The notes: generated from the sequence alone by a model not told the origin. Counted from the whole stretch's first letter, positions 37,340-49,986 are shown. The stretch: 63,543 nucleotides of DNA, filler included, from Neolecta irregularis DAH-3 (GCA_001929475.1; 9 parts of 9 records of this genome joined end to end with filler, not necessarily neighbours in it), one strand, 5' to 3'. Program-made: numbers and translations.

Positions 37340-38482
37340 TCAAGCTCGGTACCGACCATACTCCCCTCCTCCAGGTTTTCCCATAGGCGTACTTTCCAAT
37401 TCTCTTGCGAATGCACCCTGCGGTTTTGTCCGACCACTACGCATCGCTGGCGTTCCAAACTGGGCATTCTGAGAAACATTCCCCAAAGGCGCTCGATGAC
37501 GATTATCTCTTGGGGCTGACTGGCGCCACAAGTTACGTTGCGGAGGGTCCTCTTGCTGCACTAGTCAAGCACATTTGGAAGAGGTAGATCGCGTACAGAT
37601 GCCCTAAATGGCATAGTCCCACCTGTTTGGCCTGGATATGCTTGCTGATGGCCTGTTAGTGCAGCTTGTTGATCGACAGTCGCAGATACAGCACTCTGGA
37701 GTGGAGACAAGAGAGCTTTGCGTTTGAGTTTATCGTAGAGAAGCTAAACCGATTAGCGGAAAATTCCGTGAACACCGGAAAGCCTATTGTCTAAGTTCAA
37801 TTAGGAAATACCTGTAATTTGTGGAATTGTCGGGACTTTTCCTGCAATGAGTCTAAAAGTTCGTGATTCTTTTTCCGTGAATTTTCATTGTCTTTCTGCA
37901 AAGCTATTGTGATTAGAAGAAACTGTCAAAAGAGTGGATGCATACATGAGACTTGACCTTTTAGTCCGCCCATTTCGGCATTTGCATCCCGTATAAGGCT
38001 ATCGAGCTGATTGTTCACGTTGTTGTATTTTTCTTGGAGAGTTTTTGAAAGGAATTCTTGATAGACACTGGATTGTAAGAGAGGGATGGGGTATATGCAT
38101 ACATTTCTTGAGTACTTTGATAACTCCAGAATGACATAGCTCTGGAACAAATCTCCATGACAATTGTTGGAGACAATCCAGAGAGCACAGACGTTTTGTA
38201 GTCACTGTGTTGTTACTTATCACCCCATAAACACTTACTCTGTTGGATTGAGATTTGTCAACACTACATCATCAGGTTCTCCGAGTAAGGTCTCGCATGC
38301 AGGACAATTCCTCTCATCTGTAAATAGCTTATTTGCACTGACATCGATCAGTTTCTGTAGGGTTTCGAGTATAATGTGTCCGACCAATCGACGCAAAAGA
38401 TGTGACTGCAGGTCGTAACCACGCCTTGTGTTGTCAAAGGCGTCCGGCAACGAAGACTGTTGCATTTGAGGCTCTGGTCCAT
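37340..38482 (-). CDS. HEI10: HEI10/CCNB1IP1-like meiotic RING E3 ligase; 3' end uncertain
   Basis: MDQSLKCNSLRCRTPLTTQGVVTTCSHIFCVDC|...CPACET..PDDVVLTNLNPTE|..KTSVLSGLSPTIVMEICSRAMSFWSYQ followed by coiled coil. Confidence 0.85.
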
Positions 38483-38917
38483 AGTTTATTAAAAAATTAT
38501 TATTCAACAGTGAAGCATATAGTAATGAGTTTTGAGTGTTGGTGTTGAGTTTTCGCTACTCTTGACTGTCTAGGCAGAACAAAACAACGTCAATACTAAT
38601 TCTGTACCACTGAAACTGGGACTGAAAGCCAAACTCTGTAAATATCTTGCATTGCTATAGAAGAGTCAGCCAGCTTGCATTCTCACAAGAATCTTTCGTC
38701 TCAGTCTAATCTCAGTGTCTGTATTGTAAAATCACCAACAACTGGCATTTCTATCTCTATTCAATATATTTAGACTATTCGGAACAACCTTGCGCTGTGT
38801 CATTCTCCTGTTTCTGCAGAATTGGACGGCAAAATAAGCCGCCGCAGTCCTAAACTCGCCCAAAGCCTGGTCAAGCCGCCTCCGCCTCCCCCGCTGAAAT
38901 CCTCCCATCCCTTTCCC

Positions 38918-40530
38918 ATGTCTACAACCTCCTCACCTGCCTCTTCTCTCCCTCAGACCATCTCAGAGTCACCTCCGACAGATCTGCCAAAGATCAAGCT
39001 CAAAATCAAACCGCTACTTGCTGCTCCTCAATCTCCAAAAGAAAAACCAAAGCAGAAAAGGATCCAGCCCGATCCACGAACCCTTGAAACTGCCTTCGAA
39101 ATCGCCTTTATCGTCGCGTTCCGCTCAAAATTCTCCGTTCTCTTCGAGGGAGTCCCGGATTTCGGTCCGCAGGATCTGGAAGAATGGGTCCAGGCCTCCG
39201 AACCCCCTCCAGATGTCGAGGAACTCTACTGCAGACTCGCTACTCTTGCTTTGAATCGGCAGAAGCCTGTCGAGTGAAGCTTTTCCTTTGCTCGTATCCT
39301 GATTTTTTGCAGGAGAGGCCATCATAAACGCGCGCTGGAGACCTGTATGGTTCAAAATTACGCCATGTACGGCGATCCCACTTGGCATGGTCAAAATCCA
39401 CTTTCGGGTAACAAGACTTTTGCTGACCTCGACTGGGATGGAAGGGTATGTGCTGCTCATATAAAAGCGTCTTGATCGTGCTACAGCTGCGGTTTCTAAG
39501 GTGTCTTGTTGATTGGGCATTGCTACATTCAGATACTGTCCGACAGATGTGTGAAGAAAACTTTTCATGTAAAAGATCGAAACAACTACTAAACCCGCTT
39601 GCCGTTCATGCTCTCGGGAAAAATAGCCAAAAGAAAAAGCTCTGGTTCATTGAAGGGAGTGGTTCAAGTATGTCATTTTATCCATGTTACCCACAAACCT
39701 TTCTAGATTCCCGTTTTAGAGTCTACCGAGAGACAGACTCGATGAAAAAGACCGTTAGTTGGAAGACTTGTGCCGGAAATGTAGATGAGCTTCGGAAGCT
39801 GGCAGATGATTTATCCGAAGAGACTACAAACGAGGCCCGAAACCTCGGTACAAAAGTCCGAGAGACTATTCTCCCTCGTGTTGCTGCCGCACAAACAGTA
39901 CTTCTGGTCGTCTGGATGTCTTTTGACATGACATAGAGACGAGAACGTGCTGAAGTTGCAAAACAAAGAACCGCAGCATTGAATTCGGATCCCACTATTT
40001 ACGCAACCAGAACTCGGGGTCGACGGATAGACTATAGCAATCTCGGCGAAGGAACACCTTCGTCCACCGCTCGACACTCTCCTGATCCTAGTAACGAAGC
40101 AGGCGAATCATCACGTTCTATCCGCGCCAAACGTCGTCGTGGTGGAACTGAAGAATCCGAAGAATCTGGACAATACACTCGACAAATGAAAAGGCCGAGA
40201 ACGGAGATGAGTGCAGGTGAAGATGATCCGGATGTACAGAGTGAAGAGGATGAAGACATGCCCGACCTCAACGACGATACAGAAGATAGTCAAAGCGAAT
40301 CTTCAGAAGATATGCGGACTTCGCTGATAGTAAAGCTGAAGTATTCACCTCACAAATACATGCTCGACCGCGCATCCGAGATTATCCCGCCGATTCAAGA
40401 AATCAACGGCTCGACAAATGGATACTTTTCATCAATGTCGAATTCTGCAACAGCTCCTGGTCCGGCACCTCCACTGATATTTTCACTACCGATTCCTTTA
40501 GAATTCAAGCCATTTTACACCTTAAAATAG
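38918..40530 (+). CDS. Probable DDT/WHIM-type chromatin-associated protein
   Basis: FEIAFIVAFRSKF, LRFLRCLVDWAL, PLAVHALG, RFRVYRET..W, RTRGRRIDY, acidic tail; family assignment tentative. Confidence 0.6.
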
Positions 40531-40658
40531 AGAATTGCGAGAAACCCCTGGACAATTCTTTTTTATTATCAACCATCTTTGTTTTTTTTCGTGTAAAGCA
40601 TATCCAAATATAATCACATTGACATGGCCCAAATACATATATTACATTACAATTTAAC

Positions 40659-43600
40659 CTAAACTCCTCCTCCGATCTCCTCCACTTTATCAAGTAATCG
40701 GCGTAGTCCTCTAGGAATAACATCTTTCACAGCCTGTCTTTCTAGAGGAGCAGGAGGAGGCGGTGCTGGTAAGGAATAAACATTCGTCCGCCGGGGTTTC
40801 TTTTCAACCAAAACAGGACTTTGCATCATTCGTTTCCGTTTACGTTCGAGGGTGAGTTGACGTGCATACCATGGCGAGGGGTCAATGCTGATATCGTTGA
40901 CAAGTTTCTCCAACGCAGGTGTGAGATTTGTGTCTTGAACTGTCTGGATTTGCAAGACGTGTAGATTTGTTATTGAAGATTGTGAGGAAGCGAACAAGGA
41001 AGCGAAATCGAGTGACTGTGAGATCTGGATGTTAGAATTCTACCAATTGACTGTAACGTACGTCAATCCGATAGTCAGCGTTCTTCATCCACTGAATGAC
41101 AAGCACCGAAAACTTGAATCTAGAAGAATTGGAAACTTCTTTAATGACTTGGTGAAATCGATCCTTCTCAATATCCCAATCTCCAACGTCCACAGAACAA
41201 GAAAACACTACGGCACCGACATTTTCCAATGCAAACAACGTGTCACTTTCCGATACCGAAACTTCAAAGTTACCATGATCCCCCTTGTACAGCCGACAAT
41301 CCTCCTGTGAATCCTCCAAAAACCCCACTTTTGACCGCAGCCAGACCGCAATAGGATGTTCTTCATCCAGATAGGTCACGAGCAACTTCCACGTTCCCAT
41401 TCTCTTTTCAATTTCGAAATATGCATTCACAGTGCCTAGAAAGAGTTTCTGAAGATCAATGGGTTTCCAAAGAGTCGTAGTCTGTTCATTCGCCTAACCA
41501 AGATCAATTTTTGAACAAACCGGAACAGTCTCGTAAAAATATATACCTCGAGAAGAATTTTCGATAAATCACCCGCGATGATGCCCAGATTGTTATGACG
41601 AGTATTCGTCAAACTAGCGACACCCATATCTCTTACTGCTTCCTCGAATTTCCGCCTTTTTCGTTCTCGGTCGAGTTGAATGCGTTTCCGTTCGACAGCT
41701 GCGAGTTTCGCTTGATGTGCTAGCGTCGAGAAGCGATGTAGGACATGTCGCCGGAGATGATTTGAGTAAAAAATAGAGGCGATGGCTGTTGCTGTGGTTT
41801 CCAAAATACATTCCTCGACGAATGATTCGATGATCTGGTTGGATAAAATATCGATCAACTCTCTTTTTTGTTTCTCGGCGAGAGCGTGGGCTTCCGCTGC
41901 TTTTTGGGCAGAGAGAAGGGATTGGAAGGGAAGTGGGGTGACTGGAATATCGCGTTTCTGTTTGAGAGCTGGGGATTGTGTTGGTGTGCTTCCTACTGAA
42001 GGAGGTGGTGATGGAATAACCTCTATTTGAAGGGATGATGGAGGTTTCGGAGCTCTGAAGGAAAAGGCTTGTTTATTTGTTGAGAGATTTGGCTGAAATG
42101 CTGGTATAGACTGAACATGTGAAAAGATTGGAGCGAATGAGGGAGTAGATTGAAATGAGGAAGACATTGGAGTAGGAATGTTTGACTTTAGGCTCGAAAA
42201 CGAACTTGCAAAGACGGCTGGTTGGGACGCTGTTGATACAGACAGATAATTCTTATCTAAACTCGATCTTTGCCTATTCGCAAAGTGTTTTGTCGAACCA
42301 GAAACGAAATTCGGTGTAGGACTTGAATTTGCCTTCTTTTGTAGCAAAAATGTATCCATGATGCTAGACTGTCGAGGAGTCTTTCCACTAGTTGAAGGCT
42401 GGTTGATCAGTTCCCTCAACTGTTTTCCGCCTCTCTTAACTTCAACCAGACATTTTGAAAAAGTCCGCGGAGGCGCAGGTTTATTGTGCGGCCAGGGGTC
42501 GACTTTATCCAATTTAACACCAACCGTTTGATCCGCAGTGACTTCCGAATTGACGTCGAAATGCTCGCAAAAGACAAGGGCTTCCTCTGGCGAATCAAAA
42601 GCGAGAATCCGGGCAAGATCCACCAGAGGATATGGTCCATATCGCTTCAAAAAGCACTTCTTCATAGCGACCAGTGCGCCCTTTCTGATATCGGGAAAAT
42701 GTTCTTCAAGAATACAGGAGAGCATATACGATGTCTGGTGATCCCTGACTAATTTGAAGAAGCGGGTGTATGAATTCATACAAGCTTCCGTGACCTCCAC
42801 CACGTTTTTTTCTGGTTTTCGAACGGTCCGTTGTGCAAAACCGTATAGCTTCAAGACATGTTGGACTTGGGGGGAGAGGATGATATTTCTGGGCAGAGTA
42901 TTAATTTTTACCAGAATGTCTCGATGTTGGAGATTGATTGCGATATTGTATGCTTGAAATTCGGGTTCATTTGGACTTTGGTATTCACCTCGCAGATCAT
43001 CGTAAAACGAAATCAACGACATTAGGGCTAGAGGGGTCAGCGCCCGTTGAATTGTGGTATACTCTTCTTCAATTCTTTGACTTCCATTTCGGCTTCAAAG
43101 TTTAGAGATCCGTGGAGGACGTGCAGAGCGATAATATGCAGCCTCGATATCCGTTCATAGCATTCGATTGATACATGATTTTTGATATTTTGAATACTGA
43201 AATCGTTTCGAATGGCTCGTGTTCGATCGCGCAAGAAGGAATGCGTATTCCGCAATGTGTCTTGGTCGACAGTAAATTTGTCAACCAGGTAGTCCAACGT
43301 CTTCTGTATTTTGTCAGTACATATGCAAATAAGAAGGGTACTCGAAGAACAATTGGAGGTCTGACATCGCTGGGTAGCTGAGGTTCGATGCCAGCAGCTG
43401 GTCTCACGAATCGTTTGACTGTAAGTTTTGGATCAACGTCTCCTGACACCGGATCGCGTTCCAAGCGATCGATAAAACGATCTTCTTCTCGTCTATAACG
43501 TTCGTATTCCGAACACATTTCCTGGCAGGTTCCGACCATGAAAACATTTTTCTGAGAAAGGGTCTGGCGATTCGAGTCATCTGTAATGAGACCCTTTCGA

Positions 43601-43772
43601 ATACAGTCGGCTCTTTCGAGCTCGCGAGCTTTGCGAAGCTAGGTGCCGTTTAGACTGATTCGTATAATAATGAGCATACTTGCTGTAGACGAACTGCGGC
43701 TTCTGATTCTTTGAACCGTTGTTTTCTGGCTGCTGCATCTGTGTTGAGGCCATTAGACGTGATACCGGCCAT
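40659..43772 (-). CDS. SAC3: Sac3/GANP-family mRNA export factor
   Basis: VGTCQEMCSEYER..RE, RPAAG..LPSDVRPP, FLRDRTRAIRNDFSIQ, YERISRLHI, NEPEFQAY. Confidence 0.9.
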
Positions 43773-43918
43773 GATATGGATGGCGTACACTACTAGATAG
43801 ACATGGGTACGGATTTGGAGTGTGGGATAATAGCACGTGCATTAAAAAGGACACATAAAATTACTATCTAGGAACTGGACATTAGCTATCGTTTCTAACA
43901 GAATGGAGGGTAGACAAA

Positions 43919-44000
43919 AACGTCAGAAGGAACAATTGGAATACTTTGTGATAATCACGGATGATCATGTTTAGCATAGAATAAGCAGTTCATCATGCAA
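43919..44000 (-). ncRNA. snR53: Box C/D snoRNA, snR53-like, with a second D-box guide
   Basis: C box ATGATGA (43996-43990); D' guide TTATTCTATGCTAA then AC-ATGA pairs with 18S TTAGCATGGAATAA; D guide TCCAATTGTTCCT pairs with 18S AGGAACAATTGGA; D box CTGA (43926-43923). Confidence 0.82.
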
Positions 44001-44080
44001 GAAGAAAGAAAAAACATACTTTGGAGACAAATTCGACCTGGAATGTAAGCAGCTGGACAAATAATACAAAGTAAAAGACA

Positions 44081-44158
44081 CCAATCAGGTAATCGAACCA
44101 TAAAGGTTAATCCCCATAGTTAATCGGAATTTGATAGTACTTAGTTACTCATCAGAGA
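44081..44158 (-). ncRNA. Box C/D snoRNA, candidate guide for the 18S 5' domain
   Basis: C box TGATGA (44154-44149), guide GTACTATCAAAT before D' CCGA, D box CTGA (44088-44085), flanking stem AAGACATC/GGTGTCTT. Confidence 0.75.
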
Positions 44159-44261
44159 TGTCTTGTCAAATAAAATAAAGACGTACCTGAGAAATCTGAA
44201 TTGTTCGCAAGACGTATCTACACCGGTCAGTAAATTCCCGGTACACAGAATATAAAACAGC

Positions 44262-44348
44262 GAGATCAGAAACGAACGTTTGGCTGTTCTTGGTCGATCG
44301 TCACACGCACAAGCATAGGACTGGGGCGACACAGATGTTCATCAATAA
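44262..44348 (-). ncRNA. snR67: Box C/D snoRNA, snR67-like
   Basis: C box TGATGA (44344-44339); TGTGTCGCCCCAG pairs with the 25S P-loop CTGGGGCGGCACA; C'-like GTGACGA; D box CTGA (44269-44266); D' degenerate. Confidence 0.78.
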
Positions 44349-44563
44349 GAAAGGAAAGAAAATAAACGTACCAGATGGAAACGCACCATATGGAAACGCA
44401 CCAGATGGAGGCGAATTGAGAAAATGGCCCTTTTTATCTGGAAATATTCGCCGCTAATTACAAATAGCCGCTAATTACTACAAACATCCCAATTTCTAGC
44501 TAATGAAGTCCTTTTGGCTCAGAAATCATCTGCTAATGATTCTGAGACAAATGAAGTTTATCT

Positions 44564-45037
<474 letters not shown>

Positions 45038-45305
45038 NNNNNNNNNNNNNNNNNNNNNNNNNNNNNNNNNNNNNNNNNNNNTTAATTAATTAANNNNNNN
45101 NNNNNNNNNNNNNNNNNNNNNNNNNNNNNNNNNNNNNAAAGGAATGTGTGTGATGGTGGAGTGGACAAACGCAAAGCGAAAATTGGCGGAAAAGCAGCCG
45201 CCGCCGGGATTCGAACAGAGTCGCAGTTAGCCACCAACCACCCGACAGCGGAGATTCAAACCCGCCAGATCTCCAGGACTGCCAGCTTCTCTAGTTTAAA
45301 TCGCC

Positions 45306-48151
45306 ATGATTGTGTCTGTTCCATCGACGCCCAGAAGGGTCAAGGTCTACGAAAACAGAGACGCAGATTGGCTGGATCGTGGCACTGGACATTGTATCGG
45401 TCATCTTGATCAAGTATGGGCTCAAGCCCATGCCCGCTAAATTGCGTGTCAGGATGAAGCGCATCTTGTCGTTCGCTCAGAAGAAGACCAGACCGTTATT
45501 CTGCAGACCCGCATCAACAGCGAGGATGTGTATTCAAAACCCCAAGGTAGCCTTCCGACCCAAATGGCAGCTGAACTGCCCAGATACCATTATTCAGTGG
45601 ACTCAAGTGGCCGGCGAGGACATGGCTTTGAGTTTCGAAAAGGCAGATGGCTGTGATGAGATCTGGTACCAGACATCATACATTTTTCATGCCTGATTGC
45701 AAGGGATTTTATTGCCTCGGTTCAGAAACAATACCAGATCGATATGCCTACTGGATTAGGTGGTAACTAGTAATCACGTCGATCCATTGGCTGATACTCA
45801 GATGATCTTCTATCGGATGATGGTGATGTCGTTGGTCCAATTCCTGTATCTTTGCCACCTCCGGAACTCGGCAATCTCACTGCAATTGAGAATATCGTAA
45901 TGCATACTGCAAATAACCCCAGACTGAGAGACCATCTTGCTCGTTGGGTGCTGAACGATGTTTGTCTTGTTCGTTATTTATGCTCATAACCAGGAATATG
46001 TCGAAAAATTAATACCGTTGCTAGAAATATCGGAAGACCTAGAGAATCTGCAAGATCTCCATCGTCTTTGTAACATTATGAAATCCATCAGTTTTTACTT
46101 TGTTAATTCTTTCGCTCTAATAGTCTAGTCCTTATAAACGACGCGTCTATTCTTGACTATATTATGAGGGACGATATCATCCTGGGTGTCGCGGGAATTC
46201 TGGAATGCAAGTGTGAAACCTGATTCCCCCCTCTTACATTTTAGATGACCCCGACTTTCCAACATTTAAAGCCAATCATCGCATATATCTGAGTGAGCCT
46301 AAGAGATTCAGGCAGGTGGTCCGCATCCAAAATCCGGAGATTCAGAGAAAAATTCATCAAACTTTTCGACTGCAATATTTCAAAGATGTCATTCTAGCGC
46401 GCATGCTCGACGACCCAACGTTCAATATCCTGAATTCCCTGATATTTTTCAACTATGTCGATATCATGCAACATATACAATCGAACAAAGACTTTTTGAA
46501 CGAATTGTTCGGCATTTTTGATGGCGACGATAGGGAAAAAAAGATTATGGCTATCCAGTTCATACATCAATTTTTTAACGTTGCCAAGAACTTACAAAAT
46601 TCTCCCCGAAGCATTTTACACAACACATTTATTTCCCACGGACTTTTACGAGCAATCGAATTCGCTCTCCAGGACTCATCATCTAGATGTCGTGTTCAGG
46701 GGATTGAGGTTGCCATGTCAACTATTGAACATGACCCTACAATCATCAGAAAATCTATATTGACTCTGCCTCAGACTACCCTTCTCGAATCCTTGACTCA
46801 AGTCTTCATCTCGGAAAAAGATCTTGGCGTGAAAAGTCAAATTGCAGACACCATCAAAGTCTTATGTGATCCAGCTGTTGGTCCTCCTACAGATGAATCA
46901 ATGACGAAGCAGACCGAATTCATGACTCGTTCCAGACAGGAAGATCCAGCCGCTGATAAATTTCTCGATTTTTTCTACTACCATACAATGGCTAATCTAG
47001 TTGCGCCGCTTGATGATCTGCAAGGTAGAATCATCCAAGCATTAAAGATTAATTATAAGATAACGAGCAAGTCACAGTCGACAAAGCCGCGCTGCTAAGC
47101 CATATCTGCGACCTCGTATGCTNNNNNNNNNNACCGCTTGATGATCTGCAAGGTAGAATCATTCAAGCATTAAAGATTAATTAAAAGATAACGAGCAAGT
47201 CACAGTCGACAAAGCCGCGCTGCTAAGCCATATCTGCGACCTCGTATGCTTTTTCATTCGTGCACATAACTTTCGGAGTAAATCTTTCATCCTGGAAAGT
47301 GGATTATCCGCAAAAATTGTCAAATTATTTGGCTGTTCACAAAAGCACCTGCATCTCGGTAAGACTGCCAATGGATTTGTTTTTACTAATATATAGCGGC
47401 CATTCGTTTTTTTCGTGTTAGTATAGGAATGAAGGATGAATTCTATAATCGTCATTTCATGAAGTTGGAATTGTTCAATCCTATATTGAGGTGCTTTGAA
47501 AAGTCAAAGGGCCGCAATAATCTTATTACATCTGCATGTCTCGAATTCTTTGACATCATTCGTCGGGTACTGACGGTTATATGAGAGTTGCTGATTTGAT
47601 AGGACAACATCAAATCGCTTGTTAATCATCTTGTAGACCTGTACAAAGAACGTTTAATTGCATTAAAGGACTTTCAACCTTTCCAACTTCTCCTGGACAA
47701 ATATGCGCAATACCATGACGAATCCGCCACAACGACTACAGAACAAGCAAAGTATGAAATCCTCCTTTGTGAAAGATATAACTTTTAGACATAGTCCAGA
47801 TCGTTGGACAAATACAAAGGGCCCAGATGTAGAAGAGGACCAATACTTTGCTACCTCGGACGAAGAAGAAAGGACACAACCAGAACAGAATCAACCCCCG
47901 ACAAATGGTACGCCTCTGGTGGATTACCCAGATGAATCTGAAGAAGGTATGGATTATATTTGTATCTGGCTCAGCCCCAAGTTCCTGCACCCCCTCCGCT
48001 TGGTGAGAAACGGCCTCGTGATGATGACGACGATGATTTACTTCATCTCTCAACAAAGAAAGATCAAACTCAATCTCCAGACAAACACACACCTAAGAAG
48101 ATTGCTATTAGTATTGGAAAAGGGCTGAAGAGATTCAGTAGGGCTCGGTAG
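45306..48151 (+). CDS. PSY2: Protein phosphatase 4 regulatory subunit 3 (Psy2/SMEK)
   Basis: RRVKVYE..WLDRGTGHC (EVH1-like), DMALSF..GCDEIW, GILE|YDPDFP..KANHR, KIHQTFRLQYFKDVILAR. Confidence 0.93.
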
Positions 48152-48233
48152 GACTGGCGTTAAATTCATTGTATGCACAGATTCAGTAGGGTTCGGACAT
48201 TTTGTTTAATTACACTTTACACGTTGAAATGCT

Positions 48234-49607
48234 CTATATATCTGGTGAAGAAAACAAATCCATCGCTTCTTCATCATGCCACGGAGATAATACCGTAGAT
48301 GAGGGACTCGGCTTCTTCACCGTCAAGCTTCTCATATGAAGAATCTTCTTTTTCCTTGAAATTGGGGCAGCCAAACTGAGTATTCCGCGCTGAGGTGTGA
48401 TGTTATGGGTCTCCCTGTCTGTAGTTGATGAAATCAGTGGTCTCCGAGAAAGTCCCCGATTTGATCTGCTAGCATCCATGCTGGGACTATTCGAGATTGA
48501 AGGCTTTGGTAATCGTGTAATTTTTCCTATACATGCCTCTGGTCCGGTTGATCTATCAACATTCTGGTGAAAAACAGACGGTAGATTGTGAAGGAATGAT
48601 TTTCCGTGCGCAGATTGATCATTCTGGACAGAAACGTCGCTTGCATCAGGCGGTATCGGATGATGTGATGGACTTATTTTTGTAAATCGCTCGTCGAATT
48701 TGGCCCGACTCAAACATGTAGGAGCTTTGGTGGGCAACTCTACCAATTTGTTTGAGGGACAGTTAATAAATCGCTGATAACTACGACTTTTCTCAGGTAG
48801 AGGCGTTGCGGGTGCAGTTCGAGGGCTGGGATAGGGCTTTGGTCGTGGGAGAGCCCCTAGACGTTTGGTTTTAGCAGTGCTTCGGGGCGTCTGTGCATTC
48901 TGTACTTCAGGAGCGATTTTTAACAATTGAATTACCGATTTCCGGCNNNNNNNNNNAATTTACATTTCGTTCTGGTTGTGTCGACACATTGACGCGCTCT
49001 ACAGTGCTCTGATCCACCGGACCCAGGCATTTGTCTGCAGGAAGATTGTCTCTAATTGTGTTGGGGGAGTGGACAAGCTCGAATTCCACGGAGGCATCTN
49101 NNNNNNNNNGACTACGACTTTTCTCAGGTAGAGGCGTTGCGGGTGCAGTTCGAGGGCTAGGATAGGGCTTTGGTCGTGGGAGAGCCCCTAGACGTTTGGC
49201 TTTGGCAGTGTTTCGGGGCGTCTGTGCATTCTGTACTTCAGGAGCGATTTTTAACAATTGAATTACCGATTTCCGGCTGAAAATTGGGGTTATATCTTGA
49301 GTTTCTGAACGACATTTAGTTCCAACAGCTGTGAGATAACGCTCGAACTCAAAGTCATCACCTTCCTCCACTGACCGCCCAGGAATAAATAGATCGTCCT
49401 TTTGATTAGTTTTCAGGTTGCTGATGGCTATCATGATACCAGAAGCCGGTAATTGCTGTCATACAAAGTTAATCTCGAGTTGAACGTATGATGCTTCATG
49501 TATCCATCATGCCAGCATTTTGCCTTTTGAACTTTCTGCGGTGTGTAAAGAACCGTATACTGGTGAACTTGAGCAGTGGTATGTCCGTCCGCAGTGATTG
49601 TCGTCAT
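48234..49607 (-). CDS. DUF2439 (Mte1/Dbl2/ZGRF1 N-terminal) domain protein; middle disrupted by mis-assembled pieces
   Basis: MTT...VHQYTVLYTPQKVQKAKCWHDGYMKHHTFNSRLTLYDSNYRLL|DDLFI..EEGDDFEFERYL matches the DUF2439 pattern; disordered C-terminus. Confidence 0.75.
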
Positions 49608-49810
49608 TCTGGGGTGGTTTCAGAGACTCTACGCAAACTAGACGCGTCAAAGTCGTCAACTAGATAGTAGAACATATTAAAAAGAGTCGGGGTTTCTGTT
49701 GTTCAAACCCACCTTGTCTCATTTGATTTGCTGTTGAGGCGAAAAACAGGCTGTAAATTGTAAAAAAACAAACCGGTTTTTTTCTTATCGTTCAGTTCCA
49801 CCTATTCAGC

Positions 49811-49986
49811 TAAGCTCAGCGCCGATTTAAGCGAACCATTTGATATTCCCTGGATTCGCCCAATTAGTGTTGACCGCAGGATTCCGTATGCGGCCACGGC
49901 GGCTGAAAAATCTTCATTTTTATTTTTATTATATATTTACATGGTGTCGTATTAAGGGGGGTTCGCTTAAATCTGCGCTGAGCTTA
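49811..49986. mobile_element. MITE-like element with 25-bp TIRs flanked by TA
   Basis: TA-AGCTCAGCGCCGATTTAAGCGAACC ... GGTTCGCTTAAATCTGCGCTGAGCT-TA, one mismatch, non-coding interior. Confidence 0.65.

Larger units (their letters stand above)
43875..44400 (-). ncRNA. Spliced, essentially non-coding snoRNA host transcript (introns 44371-44218, 44186-44038, 44019-43875)
   Basis: Donors GTACGT/GTACGT/GTATGT, branch-like ACTGAC/GCTTAC/GCTAAT, YAG acceptors; internal exons of 31 and 18 nt; each intron holds a C/D box unit. Confidence 0.8.

Noticed and set aside
44270-44285. Second (D-box) guide in the snR67-like RNA pairing with 18S AACGAACG
   Set aside because: Only 8 bp of pairing and the +5 position does not match a site I can support
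48907-49434. Apparent fusion of the DUF2439 gene with a cytochrome b5 segment
   Set aside because: The segment sits between two 10-N gaps and duplicates about 51590-51732; scaffolding artefact
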